Shown piece after piece: positions 10,677-20,125 of a stretch of DNA of 64,000 nt. The translations under genes and the position numbers were made by a program. Every line of letters starts with the position of its first letter. The first letter of the stretch is position 1. The notes under the pieces are model-generated. The model was not told the DNA's origin and made no database searches. It saw only the letters and a list, made by a program, of their open reading frames with translations. This stretch comes from Candidatus Sulfomarinibacteraceae bacterium (GTDB taxonomy: Bacteria > Acidobacteriota > Thermoanaerobaculia > Thermoanaerobaculales > Sulfomarinibacteraceae). The DNA lies in contig CAWCLO010000004.1 of the NCBI GenBank assembly GCA_963796455.1, forward strand, positions 1,088,001 through 1,152,000, given 5' to 3'.

Positions 10677-11363
10677 TTAGTCCCCCTCCAACTCACACCA
10701 CTTCTCGAGCGCCTCGAGGCAGCCATCGTCGAAATCGACAAAGCGAAGGGCAAATCCGGTGACCCGCTCGCGTCGCGGTTTTGCGTGACGGACCACCTCT
10801 CCGCGGCCCGAAATGACTTCGCCGTGCGGTAGGCCGAACTCGAAGGCACAGGTGGCGCCGACCGGGAGCATCGGTACATCGGTCACCAACATGCCGGAAC
10901 TGGAAAGATCCGCGACCCAGCCCCTTTGCGCATCCTTTCCTTTGTCAACCGAGGCGCGAAGCCAGGTGCTGATCCGGGGCGCATATCGTGGTGCAACCTG
11001 GAGCAGGTGGGCAGCGCCCTGTCCCAGTGAACCGAGGGGCTCCTGTCCCGAGAAGACCAGAAACGGGCCACCGGCAGCACCGAAGCCCGCTTCGGTTGCC
11101 ATTTCGGGGATGGTGAGAAGCAGCAAGGAACTGCTCTTGCTCGCGCTTTGGTTTTCGCGCAGGGTGGCGAGGAACTCACGCAGTTTCATGTCCGGAAGGG
11201 GGTAACGGCACACGACGAGGTGCTGTCTTTCGCGACGAGCGAGAGTCAGGGCTTCCGAGGCCTGTTCAGCCTTCTGCACGCCGAGACTGCTGCGCGAGAG
11301 AATCGGCAGAATGCGTGCAAATGTCTCGTCGTCGAGCGCCACTGTTAGGATCGCCTTCTTCAC
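10677..11363 (-). CDS. Receiver-like domain fused to a PilZ domain (c-di-GMP receptor)
   Basis: PilZ motifs RYAPR (RxxxR) and DLSSSG (DxSxxG); C-terminal GFALRF. Confidence 0.8.
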   Translation of the reverse strand: MKKAILTVALDDETFARILPILSRSSLGVQKAEQASEALTLARRERQHLVVCRYPLPDMKLREFLATLRENQSASKSSSLLLLTIPEMATEAGFGAAGGPFLVFSGQEPLGSLGQGAAHLLQVAPRYAPRISTWLRASVDKGKDAQRGWVADLSSSGMLVTDVPMLPVGATCAFEFGLPHGEVISGRGEVVRHAKPRRERVTGFALRFVDFDDGCLEALEKWCELEGD

Positions 11364-11546
11364 GAATACCGATCCTTGTCAGGGAGAACGAGCATCCGTA
11401 GGAAAAAGCCAAACTGAGACATACAACAAGTTTAGCTCAACAGTCCGCCTGAGTGGAACAAAGAGTCAACCTGGATAGTAGGAGCCACCAAAGGATTGCC
11501 CAAATTGAAGGTTATACTCGAGCGACTCAGCAGGGGGTGACAACAG

Positions 11547-12476
11547 ATGATCACGGTGGAGAGGCTGCGCAAAAGCTTTGGTTCATTGGTGGCGGTAGAC
11601 GACGTTTCTTTCTCGGTCGACAAGGGCGAAATCTTTGGCCTCCTGGGCCCGAATGGCGCCGGCAAAACCACCAGCATCAATATGATCTGCGGCGTTCTCA
11701 AGCCCGACAGCGGGAGGGTTCTGATCGGCGGCAAGGATATCTGGCTGGAGCCCAAGACCGTGAAACGAGGTCTCGGTGTGGTGCCCCAGGAGATCGCCGT
11801 TTACGAGGATCTCTCGGCCCGCGACAATCTGAATTTCTGGGCTTCACTCTATGGGTTGTCCGGCAGCGATCTACGATCACGGGTCGACGAATCCCTGACG
11901 AGGGTCGGTCTTTCCGACCGCGCCGGCGACAAGGTCAAAACCTTTTCCGGCGGTATGAAACGGCGCCTCAACCTCTGCATGGGGCTGCTCCACCGCCCCG
12001 CCCTGCTGCTGCTCGACGAACCGACGGTCGGGATCGACCCGCAGGCGAGGCTCAATATTCTCGAGGTGGTTCGCGAGGTGGCTGAGGCGGGAACCACGGT
12101 GTTGTACACAACCCATTACATGGAGGAAGCGCAGGAGCTCTGCGATCGAATCGCGATCGTCGATCACGGCAAGATTCTCACCGTAGGCACCCTGGACGAA
12201 CTCACGCGGCTCGCCGGCGAGGCGGAGGTTCTCAGGCTTACCGGCGATTTCCAGGATCCATCGGTACGTGAACGCCTGGCCGCTTTGGACGGAGTGCGCA
12301 TCTTGAAGACAGACGACCGGCTCGTAGTGCTTTCGGTCGAGGCCGATGGTCCCGGTCTCCTGGCCATTCTCCCTCAGGTTCTGGGGGCTGAATTCGAGGT
12401 TGAAGATGTCTCGATCCAGCAGCCGAATCTCCAGAGTGTTTTCATCAGCCTGACCGGCGAAGAGTTGCGCGACTGA
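11547..12476 (+). CDS. ABC-2 type exporter ATP-binding protein
   Basis: GPNGAGKT, FSGGMKRR, LLLLDEPT and TTHYMEEA motifs. Confidence 0.95.
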   Translation: MITVERLRKSFGSLVAVDDVSFSVDKGEIFGLLGPNGAGKTTSINMICGVLKPDSGRVLIGGKDIWLEPKTVKRGLGVVPQEIAVYEDLSARDNLNFWASLYGLSGSDLRSRVDESLTRVGLSDRAGDKVKTFSGGMKRRLNLCMGLLHRPALLLLDEPTVGIDPQARLNILEVVREVAEAGTTVLYTTHYMEEAQELCDRIAIVDHGKILTVGTLDELTRLAGEAEVLRLTGDFQDPSVRERLAALDGVRILKTDDRLVVLSVEADGPGLLAILPQVLGAEFEVEDVSIQQPNLQSVFISLTGEELRD

Positions 12477-13723
12477 TGGGCCCCACAACCATCCTCCGTC
12501 GCGACCTCGTTCGCTATTGGCGCAACCCGCTCCGAACCGCACTGCTCTTTGCGCTGCCCCTGGTCATGGCGGCGATCTTTGCTCTTGTTTTTGGCGGCGG
12601 CGGCACGGATCAGATAACAATCAAGGTCCTGCTTTTCAATGAAGACGACGGTCTGCTGTCGACCGCCCTTGAAAATGCAGGCGGGTCGTCTGAAATGGAC
12701 CAGAATCTGGAGATCGTTCCGGTCGGCGAAGAGGGCTACGAGATGATGGAGCGCGGCGAGGCTTCGGCTTTGATCCACCTGCCACCGAAAATGACTGCCG
12801 ACTATCTCGCCGGAAACCCGACTCTCATCGAGGTCGTCAAAAACCCCTCTGAACGTTTTCTCCCGATGATTGTGGAAGAGGGCATTCGGATCGGGGTCGT
12901 CGGTCTGTCGGAGGCATCGCGGGTCTTTCGTTCCGAACTCGAACAGATCGGAACCTTCACCGCCCAGAATGGATTTCCAAGCAATCTTGCAGTCGCCACC
13001 CTCTCCTCCGATTTCAATCAAAAACTGGGCGGCGCCCAGGCGGTGCTTTTTCCACCGGTAATCACACTCGAAGCGGTGACGCTCGAACCCGAGAAACCGG
13101 AAGAAGAGGCATCGAATCTGAATATCCTCGCCTACTTTCTTCCCGGATTATCGATCATGGGAATCCTCTTCCTCGCACAATCGGCGACCCGCGACATCCT
13201 GCACGACCGTGAATCAGGTCTGCTGCGCCACCTCCTCACCGCACCGGTTTCAGTCGGTGACTATCTGTTTGGAAAGTGCCTTTCGGTCTTTGTGGTGACC
13301 GCGTTCGGCTTCAGCCTGTTGGTGGCGATCGGTGTGGCAGCGGGTATCAACTGGGGCCCGCCTGTCGCCGTGGCAGCGCTGGTCCTGGCCTCGGCCCTGG
13401 CGGTTGGAGGACTGCTCCTCTTGATCATGAGCCTGGTCAACAGCGAGCGCCAGGGAGACTCCCTGACAACCATCGTGATCATCGTGTCGTCGATGCTCGG
13501 AGGCGCCTTTATTCCGGTCTCCCAGATGCCGTCATTTCTTCGCCCGGTCTCTGCCATGACCATCGTTTTCTGGGCAACCGATGGCTTTTCCAAAATGATC
13601 GTCAAGGGTCTCGGTGTCGCCGCTGTCCTTCCGAACGTTGCGATTCTGACGCTCGCCGGCACCATCTTCATGGGCCTCGGCGCCTTCATCCTGCGGCGCA
13701 AGATCATCGGCGGAGGTGCGTGA
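12476..13723 (+). CDS. ABC-2 type exporter permease
   Basis: N-terminal TM, extracytoplasmic loop, C-terminal TM bundle; TGATG overlap with the ATPase. Confidence 0.9.
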   Translation: MGPTTILRRDLVRYWRNPLRTALLFALPLVMAAIFALVFGGGGTDQITIKVLLFNEDDGLLSTALENAGGSSEMDQNLEIVPVGEEGYEMMERGEASALIHLPPKMTADYLAGNPTLIEVVKNPSERFLPMIVEEGIRIGVVGLSEASRVFRSELEQIGTFTAQNGFPSNLAVATLSSDFNQKLGGAQAVLFPPVITLEAVTLEPEKPEEEASNLNILAYFLPGLSIMGILFLAQSATRDILHDRESGLLRHLLTAPVSVGDYLFGKCLSVFVVTAFGFSLLVAIGVAAGINWGPPVAVAALVLASALAVGGLLLLIMSLVNSERQGDSLTTIVIIVSSMLGGAFIPVSQMPSFLRPVSAMTIVFWATDGFSKMIVKGLGVAAVLPNVAILTLAGTIFMGLGAFILRRKIIGGGA

Positions 13724-14886
13724 TGCGAAACATCTTCGTCATCGCCATCCACGACCTCCGTCTCACCCTTACCGACCGGGGTGCGCTGGCATGGCTCTTT
13801 TTGCTGCCGATTGTTTTTGCGACCTTTTTCGGCCTCGTCATGGGTGGCGGTTCTTCGCCGGTTGACATCGCCGCCGAATTGGCGGTCGTCGATCTCGATC
13901 AGACCCCGATCTCGCAAGGCCTGATCGACGAGATCGAGGGCGAAGGCGTCAACATCACCGAACTGACCGAAGAAGAACGCCGAATCGATCGCGAGCTCGT
14001 CCGCGTGCTGGTCATTCCGGAGGGTTTTGCATCCGGGGTGCTGACCGGCGAACAACAGGTTCTCCGCTTGGAAAAAGAGCCCGACACCTCGCAGGAGGCG
14101 GCGCTGGTCGTCCAGGCGAGGATTGTCGCCGCCATCGCCCGACTGCTCGGCCGATTGGTGGAAGCCGGCCAGGGCGTCGACCAGAGCGAGGCCATCTCCA
14201 CCGAGGCGTTTCTCGCTGTCGAAGTCCCTGCTGACCTTGTAACCATGGAGGTGAAGGTGGCCGGCGGCGCCTCGGTTATCCCGGATGGCTTCGCCCTGTC
14301 GATCCCAGGGAACGCGGTGATGTTCGTTTTGCTGGTCGCCCTCACCTACGGCGCGGCATCGATTTCGGGCGAACGCCGTTCGGGCAACCTCCGGAGGCTG
14401 GTCACCGCACCCGTCCGGCGAGGAGAAATCATCACCGGAAAGATCGTCGGCCGCTTCACGATCTCGGCCCTCCAGATCACGGTCATGGTCCTGATTGCGG
14501 TCATCGCAAATCGCACTCTTGGTGTCTACATCGGCGATCACCCGACTCAGACATGGATGGTTCTCCTGCTTTTCGGGGCGGTTGTCGCGCCGCTCGGGGT
14601 TCTGGTGGGCGGCATGATCGCGGACCCCGATCGCGCCGCGTCGGTGGGGGTCATCCTGACCATGGTGATGGCGGCCTTCGGTGGCTGTTGGTGGCCGCTC
14701 GAAGTCGTGTCAAAACCTCTCAAGACAGTGGCCTTGCTCTTTCCCACCGGCTGGGCCATGCGCACCCTGCACGGACTGATCTCATTTGGTCAGACACTCG
14801 GTGACCTGAAGATCAACCTGTTGGTCCTGGCGGGGTTCGGCCTCGTCTTTTTTGCAATCGCCTGGCGATCGCTTCGAGTGGATTGA
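13723..14886 (+). CDS. ABC-2 type exporter permease
   Basis: Start at ATG 13723 (TGATG overlap), MRNIFVIAIHDL; ERRSGNLRRL and FGGCWWPLE motifs. Confidence 0.9.
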   Translation: MRNIFVIAIHDLRLTLTDRGALAWLFLLPIVFATFFGLVMGGGSSPVDIAAELAVVDLDQTPISQGLIDEIEGEGVNITELTEEERRIDRELVRVLVIPEGFASGVLTGEQQVLRLEKEPDTSQEAALVVQARIVAAIARLLGRLVEAGQGVDQSEAISTEAFLAVEVPADLVTMEVKVAGGASVIPDGFALSIPGNAVMFVLLVALTYGAASISGERRSGNLRRLVTAPVRRGEIITGKIVGRFTISALQITVMVLIAVIANRTLGVYIGDHPTQTWMVLLLFGAVVAPLGVLVGGMIADPDRAASVGVILTMVMAAFGGCWWPLEVVSKPLKTVALLFPTGWAMRTLHGLISFGQTLGDLKINLLVLAGFGLVFFAIAWRSLRVD

Positions 14887-14929
14887 GGCCGTTGAAATGC
14901 CGGCCGGCTCCCCTCAGTCCATTTTCTTG

Positions 14930-15028
14930 AACCGCAAAGATCGCGAAGAGCGCGAAGAAGATTCCATTGTTCGCGGAACGCAAATGATCCATTGCGATGT
15001 CTTTGCGTTCTTGGCGTTCTTGGCGGTT
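14930..15028. repeat. Inverted repeat built from 9-mer units (CGCRAAGAN)x3, 41-bp spacer
   Basis: AACCGCAAAGATCGCGAAGAGCGCGAAGA (14930-14958) versus the reverse complement of 15000-15028, AACCGCCAAGAACGCCAAGAACGCAAAGA. Confidence 0.85.
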
Positions 15029-15064
15029 TCATCTGGCATTCGATTCTACGAGCAGCATTCACTG

Positions 15065-15439
15065 AGATCCTTCGACTTCGCGCCCGGGGCGCTTCGCTCA
15101 GGATGACATCCGGAAAGCCTACAAAAACTACCGCCTCGTAACGACTTCGTGATGGTCGGTGCCTGCAACGCCATCGACACCGTGCCGGCTCGTCCAACCA
15201 AGGCTTCCCAATGTCATCCCGGGTGGAGCACACGGTTCGGATGCACTCTGAGCACACGAGTCGCCTCCCGATGCCGTCCTGGTGGAGAACGCGGTTCGGA
15301 TGCTCTCTGAGCACACGGGTCGCCTCCCGATGCCGTCCTGGTGGAGAACGCGGTTCGGATGCACTCTGAGCACACGGGTCGCCTCCCGATGTCATCCTGA
15401 GCGGAGGCGCCATCCGATGGCGCCGCAGTCGAAGGATCT
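15065..15439. repeat. REP-like inverted doublet (copy 2) enclosing three 59-60 bp tandem units
   Basis: REPs at 15065-15108 and 15390-15439; tandem units at 15211-15270, 15271-15329 and 15330-15388. Confidence 0.9.
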
Positions 15440-15483
15440 ATGCTGCGCTCAAGACGGAAAAGTTGGTCGTGGTACAAAGAGCC

Positions 15484-16248
15484 ATGATCGATCTCCCGGC
15501 CACGCTCCAGACCACCGGCTACGATCGCCAAGAGGCTGAAAAGCTCAGCCGGCTGATCGATCTTTTCCTCGCCCTCCCAGACCCGCCGGATCCGCACGAT
15601 GTTTTTTCCGATTGGCCGCGACTGCGGGACCGCCTGGCCATGGCGATCGAAGATGAAGATGCCGACTCCATCGAAGAGCGCTTTCTCGAACTCTATGCCC
15701 ACCTTCACATGAATGAGGGGCACTACTCCGCCGCCGAACGCGACCGGATGGATGCAGCCGGTGGGTATTGGAATCACGCCGGTGGTATCAGCCCCGTCTT
15801 CAAGGCCGAACCGTGGATCGGCAAAGAAACCATCAGCGCCGATTTTGGCGCCGGCAACGGTCTCCAGGGTCTCCTGCTCCAGACCCTGTACCCTCACGAA
15901 GAAACGGTGCAGATCGAAATCTCCCATCGGATGGCTGAGATCGGCGATGGCCTCCGGTCCTGGTTGGGCATACCCTCCGACCGTGTTCGGTGGGTGGTCG
16001 ACGACGTCATGAACGTTTCGGCCGCGGGCTACGGCTTCATCTATCTCTATCGCCCGGTCCGTCCAGAGGGCCCCGGTAAGAGTTTCTACACCCGTTTTGC
16101 GGAAGAAGTGGAGTCCGAAACCGAAGCGCCGGTGATCTTTTCCATCGCCGATTGTCTTCGGAAATTCCTTTCTGATCGATTCGAGATCTTCTATCGCGAC
16201 GGGCATTTGACCTGCTTTCGCGCCGCCGCACGAATTGACCAGAGGTGA
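15484..16248 (+). CDS. Putative class I SAM-dependent methyltransferase
   Basis: SADFGAGNG motif I, QIEIS, DDV and IYLYRP; start uncertain (15463 or 15484). Confidence 0.65.
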   Translation: MIDLPATLQTTGYDRQEAEKLSRLIDLFLALPDPPDPHDVFSDWPRLRDRLAMAIEDEDADSIEERFLELYAHLHMNEGHYSAAERDRMDAAGGYWNHAGGISPVFKAEPWIGKETISADFGAGNGLQGLLLQTLYPHEETVQIEISHRMAEIGDGLRSWLGIPSDRVRWVVDDVMNVSAAGYGFIYLYRPVRPEGPGKSFYTRFAEEVESETEAPVIFSIADCLRKFLSDRFEIFYRDGHLTCFRAAARIDQR

Positions 16249-16304
16249 TCCCGGTCACCACCACTGGCTTCACGAACTGATAAATATCAAGGTGGAGGGT
16301 GCCC

Positions 16305-16520
16305 ATGATTCTGATCAACACACCGCTGCCTATCGAGTTGGTGAAGGGCCTCGACCGCGCCGCCCAGACCACCAATTGCGACCGCACGGAGATCATCCAG
16401 AAGGCGGTCGAGTCCTATCTCCGCGACTTCGACGACCAGAAGTCGACGCTCGACCAGCTCAATTTCTCCCGCGAACTCGAAATCGATTGGCACGAGATCG
16501 AGCACTACTTCGGTACCTGA
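16305..16520 (+). CDS. Ribbon-helix-helix (CopG-family) protein
   Basis: INTPLPIELVKGLDRAA...RTEIIQKAVESYL pattern; GGAGG RBS before ATG 16305. Confidence 0.75.
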   Translation: MILINTPLPIELVKGLDRAAQTTNCDRTEIIQKAVESYLRDFDDQKSTLDQLNFSRELEIDWHEIEHYFGT

Positions 16521-16541
16521 TACAGGAGGATCTGCGCTACT

Positions 16542-17162
16542 TCAGGTTCCGTACAATCGATCCCCAAAGTCCCCGAGGCCGGGAAGAATATATTTTCGGT
16601 CGTTGAGTTCTCGATCGAGGGCCGCCGAGTAAATCCTCGTGCCCGGTATCCGCCTCGAGATCAGATCGACCCCTTCCGGTGCCGCCACAATCACGACCAG
16701 ACGCACATCCTTCGCGCCGCGTGCCACGAGTCCCTCGATCGCCATGGCAGCCGATCCCCCTGTAGCCAACATGGGATCGAGCAGATAAACCACAGCGGCG
16801 CCGAGATCCTGCGGCACCTTTTCGTAATAACAGCGAGCCTGGGCGGTCTCCTCGTCCCGTTCGAGACCGAAGTAGCCGACTTCGGTCCCGGGCACCAGAT
16901 CGACGAAGGCCTGCAGCATTCCGATTCCGGCCCGCAATACCGGAACCGCCACCACCCGCGAGGCGATCCGTTTCGCGGTCGTGGTCTCGAGTGGAGTCTC
17001 CACCTCCTCATCCCGCATCGGCAGGTCTCGGGTAGCTTCCGCGACGAGGAAGGTCGACAGTCGGTAGGTCAGCGCTCGGTAGTCTTCAGATGAGGTGCGC
17101 CGGTCGCGCAATCGAGCCATGATGTCGTGCAGCAATGGATGGTCAACGATGTGCAGTGTCAT
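16542..17162 (-). CDS. upp: Uracil phosphoribosyltransferase
   Basis: HIVDHPL, PVLRAGIGM, LDPMLATGGSA and YILPGLGDFGDRLYGT motifs. Confidence 0.97.
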   Translation of the reverse strand: MTLHIVDHPLLHDIMARLRDRRTSSEDYRALTYRLSTFLVAEATRDLPMRDEEVETPLETTTAKRIASRVVAVPVLRAGIGMLQAFVDLVPGTEVGYFGLERDEETAQARCYYEKVPQDLGAAVVYLLDPMLATGGSAAMAIEGLVARGAKDVRLVVIVAAPEGVDLISRRIPGTRIYSAALDRELNDRKYILPGLGDFGDRLYGT

Positions 17163-17287
17163 GTCTATGGAAGTTAACACGGTCTCCGCATCGATATGCG
17201 GTGTCGCTCGAAACCGCCACTTCGCCGGCAACCCGTGTTAGCATCACCTCCAAGAAGAGACAGATTCTCGAAATGAAAGGTCAATAT

Positions 17288-18292
17288 ATGAAAACTCACA
17301 GGGGAGCGTTGTTGTTCTTGATCGCGATCGTCATGTTGACCGGTGGACTGGGTTCGGAGACCGGATTCGCCTCTGAAGGCGAAGAAACAGCCGCGGCAAA
17401 AACCCAGAAAGCGGTTCTCGTCACGGGTGCGAGCACCGGAATCGGGAGAAGCATCACGGAGGTCCTGGCCGCCAAGGGAGTTTTTGTCTACGCCGGTGCG
17501 CGCAAGGCCGAGGATCTGAAGGAGCTCGATGCAATCGAGAACGTCAAGTCGATCCGCCTCGACGTCACCATCCAGGAAGAAATTGACGCGGCGGTGGCAA
17601 CCATCAAAAACGAGGGCCGGGGGCTCTATGGCCTCGTCAACAACGCCGGCGTGGCCATCGTCGCTCCCCTCATCGAGGTTGAAGAATCGGAGCTCGACTT
17701 CCTCTTTGACGTCAATGTCTACGGCCCCTACCGCATCACCAAAGCTTTCGCTCCTTTGCTGATCGAATCAAAGGGCAGGATCACCACCATCTCCTCGATT
17801 TCCGGCATCCTCTCCGGCACCCTGTTCGGCCCGTACAGCATGAGCAAACATGCCATGGAGGCATACTCCGACTCGCTTGCGCGGGAAATGCAGCGCTTCG
17901 ACGTCAAGGTCAGCGTGGTGGAGCCTGGAAACTACAGCTCGGCGATCGGGGCGACTCTGAAAAAACGTATGGAAAAGAAGGGTATCGACCTCGAGGGCTC
18001 GCCTTATGAAAAGGAGATGACCGGAATGCTCGAGCGGGTCGGGGACCGGTCGGAACTCAAGGATCCCGTGGATGTTGCCAATGCGGTATACCACGCGCTC
18101 TTCGATCAAGCACCAAAGATGCGCTATCTGGTCGTTCCCAATCAGCAGGAAGCCATGTGGACGATCAGGAAGGCGATCCAGGAGCTCGTCGAGCTCAATG
18201 AAGACCAGGAGTTCAGTTATGACCGTGACCAGTTGATCGAGATGCTGGACACGGCTCTGGGGGCCAAGGCAAATAACGGCGGCGCCAACTGA
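17288..18292 (+). CDS. Short-chain dehydrogenase/reductase with an N-terminal signal-like peptide
   Basis: TGASTGIG, NNAG and YSMSK motifs; hydrophobic N-terminus. Confidence 0.9.
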   Translation: MKTHRGALLFLIAIVMLTGGLGSETGFASEGEETAAAKTQKAVLVTGASTGIGRSITEVLAAKGVFVYAGARKAEDLKELDAIENVKSIRLDVTIQEEIDAAVATIKNEGRGLYGLVNNAGVAIVAPLIEVEESELDFLFDVNVYGPYRITKAFAPLLIESKGRITTISSISGILSGTLFGPYSMSKHAMEAYSDSLAREMQRFDVKVSVVEPGNYSSAIGATLKKRMEKKGIDLEGSPYEKEMTGMLERVGDRSELKDPVDVANAVYHALFDQAPKMRYLVVPNQQEAMWTIRKAIQELVELNEDQEFSYDRDQLIEMLDTALGAKANNGGAN

Positions 18293-18347
18293 CGCCATGT
18301 GCTGAGATCTGGGTTTGATTTTCGGTTATCCGAAGTTTTGCAAAGAC

Positions 18348-18376
18348 TTGCATAGTTGCTTCGCAGAGCTGATAAT
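18348..18376 (+). promoter_or_regulatory. Possible sigma70 promoter
   Basis: TTGCAT-17 bp-GATAAT upstream of ATG 18424. Confidence 0.5.
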
Positions 18377-18423
18377 CTAATGAACAGACATGGAGACAGA
18401 GACGCAACGCCAAAGGAGCTCCC

Positions 18424-18870
18424 ATGCCCGATATCGCAACTGTCCTTCGTGAAGAGATCGCCCGGTTGGCCCGCAAGGAGGTCAAAAAACAGGTCGGTCC
18501 GCTCAAAAAGTCCAACACAGAGCTTCGCCGCACGGTGTCAACCCTCAAGACCGAGGTCGCCGAGTTGAAGCGAGCGATGCGGTTTCTTCAAAAACAGGAG
18601 AAACGCCGTCTCGAAAAACCGGTGGAAGCCAGCCCCGAGAAAACCGTCCGGTTTTCGCCTCGATGGGTCAAAGCGGACCGTCAACGTCTGGGTTTGGCCG
18701 CAAAAGACTATGCCCGCCTGATCGGCGTTTCCAGCCTGACCATTTACAACTGGGAGCATGGGAAATCGAAGCCCAACGCCGATCGGCTGGCCGCGTGGGC
18801 GGAGGTGCGGGGCATCGGCAAACGGGAGGCTCTTCGCCGCCTGGAATTACTGACCGGCCGCGAAACCTAG
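18424..18870 (+). CDS. Coiled-coil plus XRE-family HTH DNA-binding protein
   Basis: RQRLGLAAKDYARLIGVSSLTIYNWEHGKSKP HTH; N-terminal LREEIARLARKEVK coiled coil. Confidence 0.88.
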   Translation: MPDIATVLREEIARLARKEVKKQVGPLKKSNTELRRTVSTLKTEVAELKRAMRFLQKQEKRRLEKPVEASPEKTVRFSPRWVKADRQRLGLAAKDYARLIGVSSLTIYNWEHGKSKPNADRLAAWAEVRGIGKREALRRLELLTGRET

Positions 18871-18896
18871 AGAAAATCCACGGCAGCAATGTTCAT

Positions 18897-18928
18897 AGGG
18901 CGGGGTTGATCCCCGCCCTTTCTTTTGC
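18897..18928 (+). terminator. Hairpin with T-rich tail (terminator or REP-like)
   Basis: AGGGCGGGG-TTGAT-CCCCGCCCT followed by TTCTTTT. Confidence 0.6.
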
Positions 18929-19024
18929 AAACCCTGCAACCGCCGTCGGACCAAGACTAGTTGGTGCTATCGCCGATATGAAATGAGTTGGTGCCGGTGC
19001 GCGTATGATCATCAGGGAGTCACC

Positions 19025-19522
19025 ATGCGAAGCCTGACCGCTCTCGTTGGTACCGCCGCAGCAGGCGTGTTCCTCGCCGCCTTTCACTGGGAGCGGCTGC
19101 CGGAACGGGTGGCAAGCCACTTCGACTCCTCGGGGGTTGCCAACGGTTGGATGAGCAGGGACGCTCATTTCCTGTTCTCGATCGGTCTCGTTCTCGGTCT
19201 GTCGACCATGTTCCTGGCGGTTGCCTTCATGATCCGCCGCGTGCCGAAGAAGTGGGTCAACATCCCCAACAAAGACCACTGGTTTGGACCGGATCACGAA
19301 GAGGCCACCCGGCGCTACGTCGCATCCTGGGCGCTCGGATTTGGCGCCGTGATCAATCTTTATATGATCTTCGTCCTGCACATGGTTTTTCTGGCCAGCC
19401 GGGCCGACCCGGTAGCCGTCAACAACAGAACCATGATCCTCGGGCTGATCGTGTTTCTGGCGATCTCCGTATTGAGTACCGTCGGGTTACTCCGGCATTT
19501 TGCGAAGCCTCCCTCTTCCTGA
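19025..19522 (+). CDS. DUF1648-domain membrane protein
   Basis: LPERVASHFDSSGVANGW signature; four hydrophobic segments. Confidence 0.85.
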   Translation: MRSLTALVGTAAAGVFLAAFHWERLPERVASHFDSSGVANGWMSRDAHFLFSIGLVLGLSTMFLAVAFMIRRVPKKWVNIPNKDHWFGPDHEEATRRYVASWALGFGAVINLYMIFVLHMVFLASRADPVAVNNRTMILGLIVFLAISVLSTVGLLRHFAKPPSS

Positions 19523-19638
19523 TTGCCGGGATGGAGTACTCCCCTCTTCAGCTCACTGCTGTCTGAGATCCGGGCGACAGCGACAGCAAGCTGCAAACAG
19601 GGGTGTTCAAAGGATGGAGAAACCTGTGTGCGTATCCG

Positions 19639-19937
19639 AGCCGTGAAATATACCGACCCGGTACCTGAGGCTAACGTCCCTTTTCGGGGGCTCGCAGCCA
19701 GGACGACAGAATCTACCGCTGAGTGCGCATCCGAGCCGCGAAGCGGCGAAAGAGAATAGCCTGGGGCGTGAGCCCCAGGTTTCCAACCCCACACAAATAT
19801 GCGAGCCCTGAAGGGGCGACAGACTCAACTGCCGCCGCTTCGCGGCTGTGACAAAAAAATACCGACCCGGTAGCTGGGGCTGACGCCCCAGGCTAATATC
19901 TGGCGCCCCTACGGGGCTCACAAAAAGGACGACAGAA
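19639..19937. repeat. Composite palindromic repeat element plus a degenerate half copy
   Basis: Nested hairpins 19733-19919 (GAGCCGCGAAGCGGCG...CGCCCCTACGGGGCTC; TAGCCTGGGGCGT...ACGCCCCAGGCTA); ATACCGACCCGGTA...GGACGACAGAA occurs at both ~19650 and ~19860. Confidence 0.75.
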
Positions 19938-20125
19938 CACCGCCCCTGATGACCGATCGCTGACGCTGCCTGCCGTTCACGGTCGCTGTCCCTGATCGGC
20001 GTCCGAGACGCTTTCATTCAACAGAGTGTCCAGGAGACAGAATCGACGAATCAGGATGCGGCTCTGAAGGTGGGCCTTGGCCCACCTTCAGGCTGCCCGA
20101 AATCCTCTCTCGGAAAGGCGTGTCT

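Noticed and set aside
15211..15390. CRISPR array
   Set aside because: The 59-60 bp units are near-identical along their whole length with no unique spacers, and there are no cas genes in the window.
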